Origin: an uncultured Gemmatimonadales bacterium
GTDB taxonomy: Bacteria; Gemmatimonadota; Gemmatimonadetes; Gemmatimonadales; GWC2-71-9
Direction: 5' to 3'
Length of the DNA: 64,000 bases
Assembly: GCA_963771275.1 (NCBI GenBank)
Contig: CAVYSW010000011.1
Location: 64,001 to 128,000, forward strand
A model generated the notes under the pieces. That model was given only the letters and a program-made list of their open reading frames with translations. It had not been told where the DNA came from and searched no databases. Of the stretch, positions 48,013 through 58,245 are shown in pieces (the first letter of the stretch is position 1; each line of letters begins with the position of its first letter). The translations under genes and the position numbers were made by a program.

Positions 48013-48627
48013 ATGCCCATCCAGCGTACGTCGGCCACGTCCTCTCCCCACGTCCGGGAGAAGCGTCGCCGCCGCCGGGCCGAGATCCTGCACGCCGCCC
48101 TGCGCGCCTTCCGCGCCAAAGGCTACCACGCCACGACCCTGGACGACATCGCGGACCAGCTCGGCGTCCGCAAGACCGCGCTGTACCACTACTTCCCCGA
48201 CAAGGAAGCGATTCTCTACGCCTGCCACCGTGAATCGCTGGCCGAGCTGAGCCGCATCCTCAAGGGGGCGCGGGCGCTCGACTCGGCCGGTGAGCAGCTC
48301 GCCTACGTCATTCGCGAGCACGTCCGCGTCATGACCGACACGCTGGAGGGCTCGCCGCTCGCGTTCGAAGTGACGGCGCTTTCGCCAGAGCGGCAGCGCG
48401 GCGTCATCGCCGCCCGCGACCGGTACGAGCGCGCGCTGCGCCGGATGATCGAGAGCGCGATGGCTGCCGGCGAGTTCCGGCCGGTCGATCCGAAGATCGC
48501 CGCGTTCGCCATCCTCGGCGCGATCAACTGGATCGCCCGGTGGTACAGCCCCGAGGGCTCGCTCCGCGCTCCGGAGCTCGGCGGGCAATTCGCCGAGCAT
48601 CTCCTGGGCGGACTGACCTGCGGGTGA
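48013..48627 (+). CDS. TetR/AcrR family regulator (KstR2/PaaR-like C-terminus)
   Basis: GYHATTLDDIADQLGVRKTALYHYFPDKE; ILGAINWIARWYSPEG. Confidence 0.93.
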   Translation: MPIQRTSATSSPHVREKRRRRRAEILHAALRAFRAKGYHATTLDDIADQLGVRKTALYHYFPDKEAILYACHRESLAELSRILKGARALDSAGEQLAYVIREHVRVMTDTLEGSPLAFEVTALSPERQRGVIAARDRYERALRRMIESAMAAGEFRPVDPKIAAFAILGAINWIARWYSPEGSLRAPELGGQFAEHLLGGLTCG

Positions 48628-48658
48628 CGGCCCACTCGCGGCACCACAGGAGGACGTG

Positions 48659-49711
48659 ATGAAAGCGATCCAGCTCACCGCCGTCGGCGCGCCGCTCGAG
48701 ATCCGCGACGTGCCGGATCCTCACCCGGCGGAGACCGACGTCCTGGTGCGGGTCGCCGGTTGCGGGGTCTGCCACACGGACATCGGCTTCTGGCAGGACG
48801 GCGTGCCCACCAAGCAGCCGCTGCCCCTCACGCTCGGGCACGAGGTCGCCGGCACGGTAGTCGAGGCCGGGGCCGCCGCCCGCCAGCTGGTCGGGCGCGA
48901 CGTGATCGTGCCGGCTGTGATCCCGTGCGGCGCATGCGACTTGTGCGCCGCGGGGCGCGGCAACATCTGCCGGCGCCAGCTCATGCCGGGCAACGACATG
49001 GACGGCGGGTTCGCCGAGTACCTCGTGGTGCCGGCCCGCGGGCTGTGCCTCGTCGGGGACCGCGGGCCGTACCGCCTGGCCGACCTGTCGGTCGTGGCCG
49101 ATGCCGTCACCACGCCCTACCAGGCGATCGTGCGGAGCGGCCTGCGCGCCGGCGACCTCGCGATCGTGGTGGGCCTGGGCGGCGTCGGCACCTACTGCGC
49201 GCAGATCGCCGCCGCCACGGGCGCCCATGTCGTGGCGATCGACGTGGACGACGCCAGGCTCGCCGCGATCGCCCCGCACGGCCCGGGGCTCACGCTCAAC
49301 TCCGCCGCGCTCGACTTCAAGGACGTGCGGCAACACATCCGCCAGCAGGCGAAGGCCTGGGCCTGCCCCGAGCACAGCTGGAAGATCTTCGAGTGCTCGG
49401 GGCATCCCGGTGGCCAGGAGACGGCGTTCGGGCTCCTGACCTACGCGTCCACCCTGATGGTCATCGGCTTCACGCTCGGCAAGGTCGCGTTGCGCCTCAG
49501 CAACGCGATGGCGTTCGACGCCACGATCCAGGGGACGTGGGGCTGCAAGCCGGAGCTCTATCCGCCGGCGCTCGCGTTGGTCACGAGCGGGAAAGTCACG
49601 CTGGCCCCGTTCATCGAACCGTTCCCCATGAGCACCGGGCCGGATGTCGTCCGCCGCGTCGCCGAGCACGCCATCACGCGCCGGGCGATCCTGGTGCCCG
49701 ACTGGCATTGA
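48659..49711 (+). CDS. had: 6-hydroxycyclohex-1-ene-1-carbonyl-CoA dehydrogenase
   Basis: Zn-ADH GCGVCHTD, LGHE, QLMPGNDMDGGF, VVADAVTTPYQA, WKIFECSG, RLSNAMAFDA; operon context. Confidence 0.9.
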   Translation: MKAIQLTAVGAPLEIRDVPDPHPAETDVLVRVAGCGVCHTDIGFWQDGVPTKQPLPLTLGHEVAGTVVEAGAAARQLVGRDVIVPAVIPCGACDLCAAGRGNICRRQLMPGNDMDGGFAEYLVVPARGLCLVGDRGPYRLADLSVVADAVTTPYQAIVRSGLRAGDLAIVVGLGGVGTYCAQIAAATGAHVVAIDVDDARLAAIAPHGPGLTLNSAALDFKDVRQHIRQQAKAWACPEHSWKIFECSGHPGGQETAFGLLTYASTLMVIGFTLGKVALRLSNAMAFDATIQGTWGCKPELYPPALALVTSGKVTLAPFIEPFPMSTGPDVVRRVAEHAITRRAILVPDWH

Positions 49712-49724
49712 GAGGGACACCCCG

Positions 49725-50816
49725 ATGCTGAAGAGCCACACGCTGGTACCCGACGTCGCGTTTCGGGATATCCAATACGCGCTGCGCCCGGTGCGGGACC
49801 CGCAGGGGAAGCCCGTCTCCGGCCTGCACAATGCCTGGATCATCCTGAACAACCCCCAGCAGCTCAACAGCTACACCACCGACACCGTGAAGGAAGTGAT
49901 TCTCGCGTTCCGGCAGGCCAGCATGGACCGGAGCGTCGTGTGCTGCGTGTTCACGGCGGTCGGGGATCAGGCGTTCTGCACCGGTGGCAACACCAAGGAG
50001 TACGCCGAGTACTACGCGGGGAATCCGCAGGAGTACAAGCAGTACATGCGGCTCTTCAACGACATGATCGACGCGATCATGCGGTGCGACAAGCCGGTGC
50101 TGAACCGGGTGAACGGGATGCGCGTCGCGGGCGGCCAGGAAATCGGCATGGCCTGCGACTTCACCATCGCGGCCGACACCGCGCGGTTCGGTCAGGCCGG
50201 TCCCAAGCACGGCTCGGCCCCCGACGGCGGCTCGACCGATTTCCTGCCGCTCTACGTCGGCTTCGCCGCCGCGATGGAGAGCGGCGTGCTGTGCGACATG
50301 TGGAGCGCCCACAAGGCGCTGTACCTCGGGCTGATCAACCAGGTCGTGCCGGTGCTCAAGGTGGACGGTCAGTGGATCCCGAATCCGATGGTGGTGATCG
50401 ACCGCTTCGCGGACCCATTCGGCCACATCGTGTTCGGCGACTTCAAGACCGGCCCCGAGCGCGACGCCGCGAAGGCAGTGCTCGCGCGGGCGGAGACGGA
50501 CCTGAGCCGGCTGGACGAGGCGGTCGAGGCGCTCTGCACCGAGCTGCTCATGCTCATGCCCGACTGCGTCTCGAAGACGGTGAACAGCCTGCGGAAGCAC
50601 AAGCAGCGGCACTGGGACGACACGAACGTGACCAACCGGGAGTGGCTCGGCCTGAACATGATGACGGAAGGGAAGGCGGGATTCCGCGCGTTCAACGAGG
50701 GTCCCAAGGGGAAGCGCGAGGTGGATTTCATCAAGCTGCGGCAGCTCCTGGCCGCGGGCCACCCGTGGGATGACGAGCTGATCCGGGCGATCTCGCCGCA
50801 GTATCAGGAGGACTGA
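49725..50816 (+). CDS. oah: 6-oxocyclohex-1-ene-1-carbonyl-CoA hydrolase (BamA/BzdY)
   Basis: LNNPQQLNSYTT, FCTGGNTKEYAEYY, GGQEIGMACD, FGQAGPKHGSAP, WLGLNMMTE. Confidence 0.95.
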   Translation: MLKSHTLVPDVAFRDIQYALRPVRDPQGKPVSGLHNAWIILNNPQQLNSYTTDTVKEVILAFRQASMDRSVVCCVFTAVGDQAFCTGGNTKEYAEYYAGNPQEYKQYMRLFNDMIDAIMRCDKPVLNRVNGMRVAGGQEIGMACDFTIAADTARFGQAGPKHGSAPDGGSTDFLPLYVGFAAAMESGVLCDMWSAHKALYLGLINQVVPVLKVDGQWIPNPMVVIDRFADPFGHIVFGDFKTGPERDAAKAVLARAETDLSRLDEAVEALCTELLMLMPDCVSKTVNSLRKHKQRHWDDTNVTNREWLGLNMMTEGKAGFRAFNEGPKGKREVDFIKLRQLLAAGHPWDDELIRAISPQYQED

Positions 50817-50822
50817 GCTCCC

Positions 50823-51572
50823 ATGGACCTGGGCCTCAAGGAGAAGCGCGCCATCGTGACCGGCGGCAGCGTCGGGATCGGGGCGGCGATCGCGCTGACC
50901 CTGGCGCGCGAAGGCTGCGACGTGGCGATCACCTACCGGCGCCACGACACCGAAGCGAACGCCGTCGTTGCCAAGATCGGGGCCCTCGGCCGCCGGGGGC
51001 TCGCCGTGAAGGCCGACGTCGCGAGCTACGCCGACGCGCAGCGCATGGTCGAGACCGTGGTGGCGGCGTTCGGGCGTCTGGACATCATGGTGTGCAACGC
51101 GGGCGTCAATTGGGACGGCGTGATCTGGAAGATGACCGAGGAGCAGTGGGACACGGTCATCAACGTGAACCTCAAGGGCTACTTCAACTACAACAAGGCC
51201 GCCGCGCTGGTGTTCAAGGACCAGAAGAGCGGCAAGATCGTCAACATCTCCTCGATCAACGGCCTGCGGGGGAAGTTCGCCCAGACCAACTACGCGGCCT
51301 CCAAGGGCGGCGAGATCGCCCTGAGCAAGTCGCTCGCCCGGGAGCTGGGGAAGTTCAACGTGAACGTCAACGTCGTCGCTCCCGGCATGGTCATGACCGA
51401 GATGGCGGAGCACATCCCGCCCGAGTTCCTGACCAAGGCGATGGACGAGACCGCCCTGGGGCGGTTCGCCACCGCCGAGGAGTGCGCGGATCTGGTCGCG
51501 TTTCTCTGCTCGGACCGCGCGCGCCACATCACGGGAGAAGTGGTCAAGATCGACGGCGGCCAGTACATGTAG
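50823..51572 (+). CDS. Short-chain dehydrogenase (FabG-like), probable 3-hydroxyacyl-CoA dehydrogenase
   Basis: TGGSVGIG, NAG, SSING, YAASK. Confidence 0.88.
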   Translation: MDLGLKEKRAIVTGGSVGIGAAIALTLAREGCDVAITYRRHDTEANAVVAKIGALGRRGLAVKADVASYADAQRMVETVVAAFGRLDIMVCNAGVNWDGVIWKMTEEQWDTVINVNLKGYFNYNKAAALVFKDQKSGKIVNISSINGLRGKFAQTNYAASKGGEIALSKSLARELGKFNVNVNVVAPGMVMTEMAEHIPPEFLTKAMDETALGRFATAEECADLVAFLCSDRARHITGEVVKIDGGQYM

Positions 51573-51590
51573 ACGGGATGCGAAACCGCG

Positions 51591-52745
51591 ATGACTAGAG
51601 TGGGGATCATCGGCCTCGGACACGGGGTGTTCGGCCGGCGCAGCGATGCGACGGTCCAGGAGCTGGCCTGCGAGGCGTTCCGCGAAGCGCTGGAGGACGC
51701 CGGGATCGATCGAAGCGCGATCGACGCGTCCGTGATCGGCGCCGTCCCCGAGTACCACAAGCAGCGCTCCCTGGCCGGCGTGGTGCAGGAGTACCTCGGG
51801 CTCGTGCCGAAGCCGACCTGGCTCACCGAGGTGGCGTGCGCCTCGGGCAGCGCCGCCATCCGGACGGCGTGGATGGCGATCCGGTCCGGCCTGCACGACG
51901 TGGTCGCGGTGATCGGCTGCCAGAAGATGACCGAGCTGTCCACCCCGGAGATCCTCGCCCTGATGGGACGCGTGGGCGAGGTGCAGTGGGAGTCGGGCTT
52001 CGGCACGACGTTCCCCGGCTACTACGCCATGTTCGCCAAGCGGCACATGCACGAGTTCGGCACCACGCGCGAGCAGCTGCTCGAGGTCGCCGTGAAGAAC
52101 CACTACTACGGCGCGAAGAACCCCCGGGCCCTGTTTCGCAAGGAGGTCACCCGGGAGAAGGCCGCGGCGTCCGAGGACGTGGCCACGCCGCTCCAGGTGT
52201 ATGACTGCTGCGCCAACGCGGACGGGGCCGCCTGCGTGATCCTGGCGAGCGAGCCGCGCGCCAGGGCGCTCTCCACGCACCCGGTATGGCTGTCCGGGAT
52301 GGGGTGTGCCACCGCCAGCATGTCGGTGCTGCGGCGGCCAAGTCTCGTGGGGCTCCCCAGCGCCGAGCTGGCCGCGGCGCAGGCGTACGCGATGGCGGGG
52401 ATCGGCCCGCGCGACGTCAAAGTGGCGGACGTACACGACTGCTTCACGGTCGCCGAGATCATGGCCTACGAAGACCTGGGGTTCTGCAAGAAGGGCGAGG
52501 GCGGCCCGTTCGTGGCTGCGCGGCAGAGCTACATCGGCGGGACCGTGGCGGTGAACGTGGACGGCGGGCTCAAGGCCAAGGGCCACCCGATCGGCGCCAC
52601 GGGCGTGTCGATGACGTACGAGATCGCCAAGCAGCTACGCGGCGAGGCGGGAGAGCGCCAGGTGCCCGACGCCGACATCGGCCTCACGCACAACGTCGGG
52701 GGGATCGGTCAGTACTGCTTCGTCCAGGTCCTCACGAGGGATTGA
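51591..52745 (+). CDS. Thiolase, SCP2/archaeal type
   Basis: EVACASG (catalytic Cys), HDCF, GHPIGATG, HNVGG. Confidence 0.9.
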   Translation: MTRVGIIGLGHGVFGRRSDATVQELACEAFREALEDAGIDRSAIDASVIGAVPEYHKQRSLAGVVQEYLGLVPKPTWLTEVACASGSAAIRTAWMAIRSGLHDVVAVIGCQKMTELSTPEILALMGRVGEVQWESGFGTTFPGYYAMFAKRHMHEFGTTREQLLEVAVKNHYYGAKNPRALFRKEVTREKAAASEDVATPLQVYDCCANADGAACVILASEPRARALSTHPVWLSGMGCATASMSVLRRPSLVGLPSAELAAAQAYAMAGIGPRDVKVADVHDCFTVAEIMAYEDLGFCKKGEGGPFVAARQSYIGGTVAVNVDGGLKAKGHPIGATGVSMTYEIAKQLRGEAGERQVPDADIGLTHNVGGIGQYCFVQVLTRD

Positions 52746-52748
52746 GCC

Positions 52749-53201
52749 ATGTTCAAGTGGTTCGGCAAGGTCAACTTCACGCCGTACACGAAGGTCGGGG
52801 ACTTCGCCCGTCACCTGCGGGACGGCCGGCTCATGGGCTCGCGGTGCACGCGGTGCGGGGCGACCGCGTTCCCCCCGCGGGCCGACTGCGACGCCTGCCT
52901 GAGCGGCGCCTTCGAGTTCGTCGAAGTGAGCGGCCGGGCGACCCTCACCACCTATACCAAGATCGTGGCGGCCCCGACCGGCTTCGAGGATCTTGCCCCG
53001 TACATCATCGGGGTCGTCGATCTCGCGGAGGGCGGGCGGGCGCTCGCGTGGTTCGGCGAGACCATCCCCGAGGAGGACATCGCGATCGGGATGGCGCTGC
53101 AGCTGGTTCCGCGGATGTTCGAGGAGCTGGAGGAGATCAAGGTTTACTACAGTCTGGAGCGGCCCGGCACCACATGGTCGAAAGCGGCGCAGCCGGCGTG
53201 A
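52749..53201 (+). CDS. Zn-ribbon/OB-fold (DUF35) thiolase partner
   Basis: RCTRCG..FPPRADCDAC, G.LTTYT, PYIIGVVDL.EG; directly after the thiolase. Confidence 0.9.
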   Translation: MFKWFGKVNFTPYTKVGDFARHLRDGRLMGSRCTRCGATAFPPRADCDACLSGAFEFVEVSGRATLTTYTKIVAAPTGFEDLAPYIIGVVDLAEGGRALAWFGETIPEEDIAIGMALQLVPRMFEELEEIKVYYSLERPGTTWSKAAQPA

Positions 53202-53283
53202 GCCGGCCTGGACCGCGCATCCCACCGTCCACGCCGACGTGATCCCAGGGGAAGGCCAGGGGCGAATTGACGAGGGTACGCGA

Positions 53284-54042
53284 ATGAGCCTAAAGGTGAC
53301 AAGCGAAGACGGGATTGGCACGCTCACGTTGAGCCATCCGCCGCTCAACATCCTGACGCGGGAGCTGCTGCGGGAGCTGCGCGAGGCGCTCGAGCGGCTG
53401 GCCGCGGAGCAGGGGCTCCGGGTCGTGCTGCTCCGGGCCGAGGGAAAGCACTTCTCGGCGGGCGCGGACGTGGGCGAGCACCTGCCTCCGGCGTTCGAGC
53501 AGCTCATCCCCGAGTTCATGCGGACGATCGCCGCGCTGCGCGACTTCCCGCTGCCGGTGGTGGCGGCGGTGCGCGGCCGCTGCCTGGGCGGCGGGTTCGA
53601 GCTGGTACAGGGGGCGGACATCCTCGTGGCCGGCGACGGCGCGAGCTTCGGCCAGCCCGAGATCATGCTTGGCGTGATTCCGCCGGCGGCCTGCCCGCTG
53701 CTCCCCATGCTGTGCGCGCCGGGCCGCGCGGCGGAGATCGTGCTCACCGGCGATCCGCTCACGGCGGCCGACGCCGAGCGGGCGGGCCTGGTCGCCAAGC
53801 GGGTACCGGACGACCGGGTCGAGGACGAGGCGCTTGCGCTGTGCCGTCGGATCAGCCGGCACAGCGCGGCGGCCCTGCGCGTCGCCAAGCGGGCGCTCCG
53901 CAGCGGCGAAGCCGCCACGCGCCCCGCCGCGTTCGCGGCGGCCGAGCGGCTCTACCTCCACGACCTGATGGGGACGGCGGACGCGCGCGAGGGGCTCACG
54001 GCCTTCCTCGAGAAGCGCCAGCCGTCGTGGACCCACCGATGA
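53284..54042 (+). CDS. dch: Cyclohexa-1,5-diene-1-carbonyl-CoA hydratase
   Basis: Crotonase fold; EGKHFSAGADVGEH, CLGGGFEL, GQPEI.LGV.PP, ERLYLHDLM.T.DAREGL; operon context. Confidence 0.85.
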   Translation: MSLKVTSEDGIGTLTLSHPPLNILTRELLRELREALERLAAEQGLRVVLLRAEGKHFSAGADVGEHLPPAFEQLIPEFMRTIAALRDFPLPVVAAVRGRCLGGGFELVQGADILVAGDGASFGQPEIMLGVIPPAACPLLPMLCAPGRAAEIVLTGDPLTAADAERAGLVAKRVPDDRVEDEALALCRRISRHSAAALRVAKRALRSGEAATRPAAFAAAERLYLHDLMGTADAREGLTAFLEKRQPSWTHR

Positions 54043-55208
54043 GCGCCATCGTCACGTTTCCCGCCTGGCGCGATCAGCCGCTCGACCAGGTGCTGTACGC
54101 CTGCCGCGAGCTGCTGGAGGATCCAGGCTATCCCACGGTGCGGCGGTGGCGGGAGGCCGGCGGCAAGGTCGTGGGCCATTTCCAGGTCTACTTCCCCGAG
54201 GAGATCGTCCACGCCGCCGGGGCGCTGCCGTTCAAGGTGCGCGGGGGACAGGTGGAGGCCACGCAAGCCGATTCGCACTTCGGGTCGTATCTCTGCTCGA
54301 TCGTGAAGACCTCGCTCGAGCTCGTGCTGAGCCGTCGCATCGAGCTGGAGATGTTCGTCACCCACCCCATCTGCGACGCCGCGCGCAATCTCGCGGCGGT
54401 ATGGGGGCGGAATTTCACCTATCCGTGCCAGATCCTCTACCTCCCGCAGAACGCCAACTCAGCGCACGCAGCCGAGTATCTGCGGGGCGAGTACGACCGG
54501 CTGCGGCGCGCGGTCGAGGCGGTCACCGGCCGCCGGGTGACGGACGACGGTCTGCGGGCGTCGCTGGCGGTGTTCAACGAGAACCGGGCGCTGCTGCGCG
54601 AGCTCTATGCCCTGAAGCGCGCCACCCCGTGGCTCGTCGCGGCCGAGGACGCTTACGCGCTGACGGCGGTCGGCGGCATGCTCCCGCGGGAGGAGCACAA
54701 CGCACTGCTCCGGGCGGTGCTGCCGCAGCTGCGCGCGCGTCCCGCCAAGCGGCAGGACCGGATTCGCGTGGCCTTCGAGGGCGGCTTCTGCGAGCAGCCG
54801 CCGCTCGACCTGATCCGGATGATCGGCCAGTCCTGCTACGTGGTGGACGACGACCTGATGATCGGCCTGCGCTGGATCCTCGACGACGTGGCCGTCGACG
54901 GCGACCCGCTGCGCAACCTCGCCGAGGCGTACCTCGAGCGCTCGTCGTACAGCCCGGTGCAGCACGATCTCCGGAAGCCGAAGGAGCGGATGCTGCTCGA
55001 GCGGCTGAGGGGGGCCGACGCCCAGGCCGCGATCGTCACGGCGGCGAAGATGTGCGAGCCCGGCCTCGAGGAGCAGGTGGCGTACACGCGGGCGCTCGAC
55101 AGGGAGGGCGTGCCCTACTTCGTGAGCGAGTTCGAGGAGAACATGACCAGCTTCGAGCATCTCGAAGTGCAGCTCGAGACGTTCGTGGAGAACATCCTGT
55201 TCGAGTGA
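54039..55208 (+). CDS. bcrC: Class I benzoyl-CoA reductase, BcrC/BzdN-like subunit
   Basis: 2-hydroxyacyl-CoA dehydratase family: PEEIVHAAG, SYLCSI, PICDAARNL, FCEQPPL, KMCEP. Confidence 0.85.
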   Translation: MSAIVTFPAWRDQPLDQVLYACRELLEDPGYPTVRRWREAGGKVVGHFQVYFPEEIVHAAGALPFKVRGGQVEATQADSHFGSYLCSIVKTSLELVLSRRIELEMFVTHPICDAARNLAAVWGRNFTYPCQILYLPQNANSAHAAEYLRGEYDRLRRAVEAVTGRRVTDDGLRASLAVFNENRALLRELYALKRATPWLVAAEDAYALTAVGGMLPREEHNALLRAVLPQLRARPAKRQDRIRVAFEGGFCEQPPLDLIRMIGQSCYVVDDDLMIGLRWILDDVAVDGDPLRNLAEAYLERSSYSPVQHDLRKPKERMLLERLRGADAQAAIVTAAKMCEPGLEEQVAYTRALDREGVPYFVSEFEENMTSFEHLEVQLETFVENILFE

Positions 55209-55221
55209 GGCGGAGTCCCCC

Positions 55222-56520
55222 ATGACGGACGTGAGCGACGCGACGATCGTCGGACGCGGCAACAAGGACGGGGCGCGGCTGTTCCGCGAGTGGTTCGAGG
55301 GACTCGGGGCGGCGGCGGCCGAGGGCCGAGGGGCGGCCTACGTCTTCGTGATGGGCAGCCTCGCCGAGCTGCTGCGCGTGTTCGACCTGCCGATCGTGTT
55401 CCCGGAGATCAACTCGCTGCAGACGGCGGTCCGCCGCGTGGCGTACGACTACCTGAACGAGGCCGAGGACTACGGCTACTCACCGGACGTGTGCGGCTAC
55501 GTGAAGGCCGACGTGGCCACGCAGCTGCGCGGCGGTGTGCTGCCGATGGGGCGGATCCCCAAGCCGGGGATCGCGGTGCACACCAACGCCTGCAACACCT
55601 ACATCAAGTGGGCGGAGATCTGGGAGCGGATGTACCACGTCCCGACCTTCACACTCGACATCCCGGGGACGCGCGCGGCCGGCACGCAGACGTGGCAGGG
55701 CGATCCGGATTTCGAGAACGACCGGCGCTACGTGGAGGCGCAGCTCCGCGAGCTGATCCCGCTGCTCGAGCAGGTCTCCGGCGTCCGGTTCGACGTGGAC
55801 CGGCTCAGGGAGAGCATGGAGCAGGCCAACCTGATGAGCCGGCACTGGAAGCGGGTGCTCGAGCTGAATCAGACCCGGCCCTCGGTATTCAACGCGCTCA
55901 CCGACGGCACGATCTATCTCGGCGTGGCCAACGGGTTCCGGGGCCTGCCCGCGGGCGCGGCCTATTTCGCGGATCTCGTGGAGGAGATGGAGCACAAGAG
56001 CGCGCACGGCATCGGCACGATCACGGACGAGCGCTACCGGCTGATCTTCGTGGGGGTGCCCTGCTATCCCATCTTCCGCCGGTTTTCCGAGATGTTCACG
56101 GAGCTGGGCGGCACGTTCGTGAGCTCGACCTACCTGCGCTTCGCGTCGGGCGGCACCAGCCGCGGCTTCGAGTACGACACGCGACGTCCGGTCGAGAGCC
56201 TGGCCGAGGGCGTGCTGATCAGCGTGCGGGACGCGATGGACAACATGTTCTACCAGACCGGCATTCTGCTCGAGATGGTCGACCAGTTCCACGCCGACGG
56301 GATCGTCTACCATCCGATCAAGAGCTGCCGCACCGTTTCGACCGGCCTCGCCGACAGCCGGCGCGCCCTGATGCACCAGCGTGACGTGCCGAGCCTCTAC
56401 ATCGAGTCCGACATGATGGACCGCCGCGTGGTTTCGGAGGCCCAGCTCAAGAACCGCATCGACGCGTTCTTCGAGGGTCTGGCCTCGCGCGAGCGCCAGG
56501 CCGCGGGCCGGCACGCGTAG
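55222..56520 (+). CDS. bcrB: Class I benzoyl-CoA reductase, BcrB/BzdO-like subunit
   Basis: [52 protein letters not shown]. Confidence 0.85.
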   Translation: MTDVSDATIVGRGNKDGARLFREWFEGLGAAAAEGRGAAYVFVMGSLAELLRVFDLPIVFPEINSLQTAVRRVAYDYLNEAEDYGYSPDVCGYVKADVATQLRGGVLPMGRIPKPGIAVHTNACNTYIKWAEIWERMYHVPTFTLDIPGTRAAGTQTWQGDPDFENDRRYVEAQLRELIPLLEQVSGVRFDVDRLRESMEQANLMSRHWKRVLELNQTRPSVFNALTDGTIYLGVANGFRGLPAGAAYFADLVEEMEHKSAHGIGTITDERYRLIFVGVPCYPIFRRFSEMFTELGGTFVSSTYLRFASGGTSRGFEYDTRRPVESLAEGVLISVRDAMDNMFYQTGILLEMVDQFHADGIVYHPIKSCRTVSTGLADSRRALMHQRDVPSLYIESDMMDRRVVSEAQLKNRIDAFFEGLASRERQAAGRHA

Positions 56521-56543
56521 ACGACCGCTCACAGGGGAGCCCC

Positions 56544-57353
56544 ATGGCGTATGCAGCCGGCGTGGACGTCGGGTCCACGCAAACCAAGGCCGTGATCATC
56601 GACGAGGCGCAGCGCATCGTGGCGCGGTCGCTGACGATGACCGGTGCCAACGTGGTCCGCGCCGCGGAACAGTCCTACCAGGAGGCGCTGGCCGCGGGCG
56701 ACCTGCGCGAAGAAGAGGTCGAGTACGTCGTCGGCACGGGCTACGGCCGGTACAAGGTCACGTTCGGCAACACGCAGGTGACCGAGATCAGCTGTCACGG
56801 GCGTGGGGCCGTCCACATGTTCCCCGCCACGCGCACCGTGGTGGACATGGGGGGCCAGGACACCAAGGCCATCCGGGTCGCCGCCACCGGTGAAATCGTC
56901 GATTTCTGCATGAACGACAAGTGCGCGGCCGGCACGGGGCGCTTCCTCGGCGCGGCCGCGAGTGCGCTGGACATCCCGCTGGCGGAGCTTGGCGCGACGG
57001 CGCGGCGCGGCGAGCGGGCGGTGAAGATCAGCACCACGTGCACCGTGTTCGCCGAGTCGGAAGTGCTCTCGTGGCTCGGCCGGGGCAAGAAGATCGAGGA
57101 CATCCTGCTCGGCGTGCACCAGTCGATCGCGGGTCGGTCGGCGGGGCTGCTGCGTCGCGTCGGCATCGAGGACGAGGTCACGTTCACCGGGGGCGTGGCG
57201 CGCAACGTGGCCATGATCGACGCGTTGCAGGCGAGCCTGGGCCACCCGGTCAACGTCAGCGAGGAATCGCATTACATGGGCGCGCTGGGCGCCGCGCTCT
57301 TCGCCCTCGATCACATCCTCGCGGCGCGCGCCCCCGTGAGGTCGGACGCATGA
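56544..57353 (+). CDS. Benzoyl-CoA reductase ATPase (activase) subunit, BzdP/Q-like
   Basis: [54 protein letters not shown]. Confidence 0.9.
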   Translation: MAYAAGVDVGSTQTKAVIIDEAQRIVARSLTMTGANVVRAAEQSYQEALAAGDLREEEVEYVVGTGYGRYKVTFGNTQVTEISCHGRGAVHMFPATRTVVDMGGQDTKAIRVAATGEIVDFCMNDKCAAGTGRFLGAAASALDIPLAELGATARRGERAVKISTTCTVFAESEVLSWLGRGKKIEDILLGVHQSIAGRSAGLLRRVGIEDEVTFTGGVARNVAMIDALQASLGHPVNVSEESHYMGALGAALFALDHILAARAPVRSDA

Positions 57354-58171
57354 CGCGCTACACCGCCGGCATCGACGTCGGCTCGACCTACACCAAGGCC
57401 GTGCTGCTGGCCGGCGAGCGCGACATCGCCGGGCGGGCCATGCTCCCCACCGGGTTCAAGCTGGCGCACGTGGCCGAGCAGGCCCTGGCCGCCGCCGCCG
57501 CGGACGCCGGGATCGCCGCGAGCGAGGTGGCGTACGTGGTCGCCACCGGGTTCGGCCGTCACCAGGTGGGCATCGCCGACCTCAAGGTCACCGACCTCAC
57601 CGCGGCCGCGCGCGGCACCACCCTGCTGTTCCCCGGCACGCGCACCATCCTCGACGTCGGCGGCCAGACGATGAAGGCGAGCCGCCTGGGCGACGGCGCC
57701 AAGGTCAAGTCGTTCCGGCTCAACGACAAGTGCGCCGCGGGCACGGGGGCGTTCCTCGAGAAGACCGCGCGCTACATGGGGTACGACACGCGCGAGATCG
57801 GCGCGCTGGTGGACACGTCGAAGGAGGCGATCACGATCTCGGGCGTATGCGCGGTGTTCGCCGAGTCGGAGGTGATCAACCACCTGTCGCAGGGCGTCGC
57901 GCCGGCGGACATCATGCACGGCGCCATCGTCTCCCTGGTCGGACGCTCGGTGCAGCTGATGAAGCGGGTCCGCATGGAGCCCGAATTCACGCTGATCGGC
58001 GGGATCCTGCGGTTCCGGCGGATGGTGGACGTGGTGCGCACGGAGCTGGGCATGGAGGTGAACGTGCCGGACGGCGACCTCGTGCAGTTCACATCAGCCC
58101 TCGGGGCCGCGCTGCTCGGCCAGCGGCAACTGGAACGGGCCACCGAGCAGGCCGCACCGGCCGACAACTAG
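57350..58171 (+). CDS. Benzoyl-CoA reductase ATPase (activase) subunit, second paralog
   Basis: [45 protein letters not shown] overlap. Confidence 0.9.
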   Translation: MTRYTAGIDVGSTYTKAVLLAGERDIAGRAMLPTGFKLAHVAEQALAAAAADAGIAASEVAYVVATGFGRHQVGIADLKVTDLTAAARGTTLLFPGTRTILDVGGQTMKASRLGDGAKVKSFRLNDKCAAGTGAFLEKTARYMGYDTREIGALVDTSKEAITISGVCAVFAESEVINHLSQGVAPADIMHGAIVSLVGRSVQLMKRVRMEPEFTLIGGILRFRRMVDVVRTELGMEVNVPDGDLVQFTSALGAALLGQRQLERATEQAAPADN

Positions 58172-58245
58172 GACCCCTCCGAGCGGGGTCGCGTCACGGA
58201 TGCCCCGCGGCGAGCGCTGAGACCGCGGAGCAGGAGATCACGCCC

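Noticed and set aside
49674..52586. 970-aa minus-strand ORF, and similar long ORFs at 23386-25545, 38948-41059 and 61813-63651
   Set aside because: Antisense shadows of well-supported genes, expected at this GC content; they carry no motifs.
54039..58171. 2-hydroxyacyl-CoA dehydratase with activator (amino acid fermentation)
   Set aside because: Two distinct activases plus adjacent dch, had and oah fit benzoyl-CoA reductase far better.
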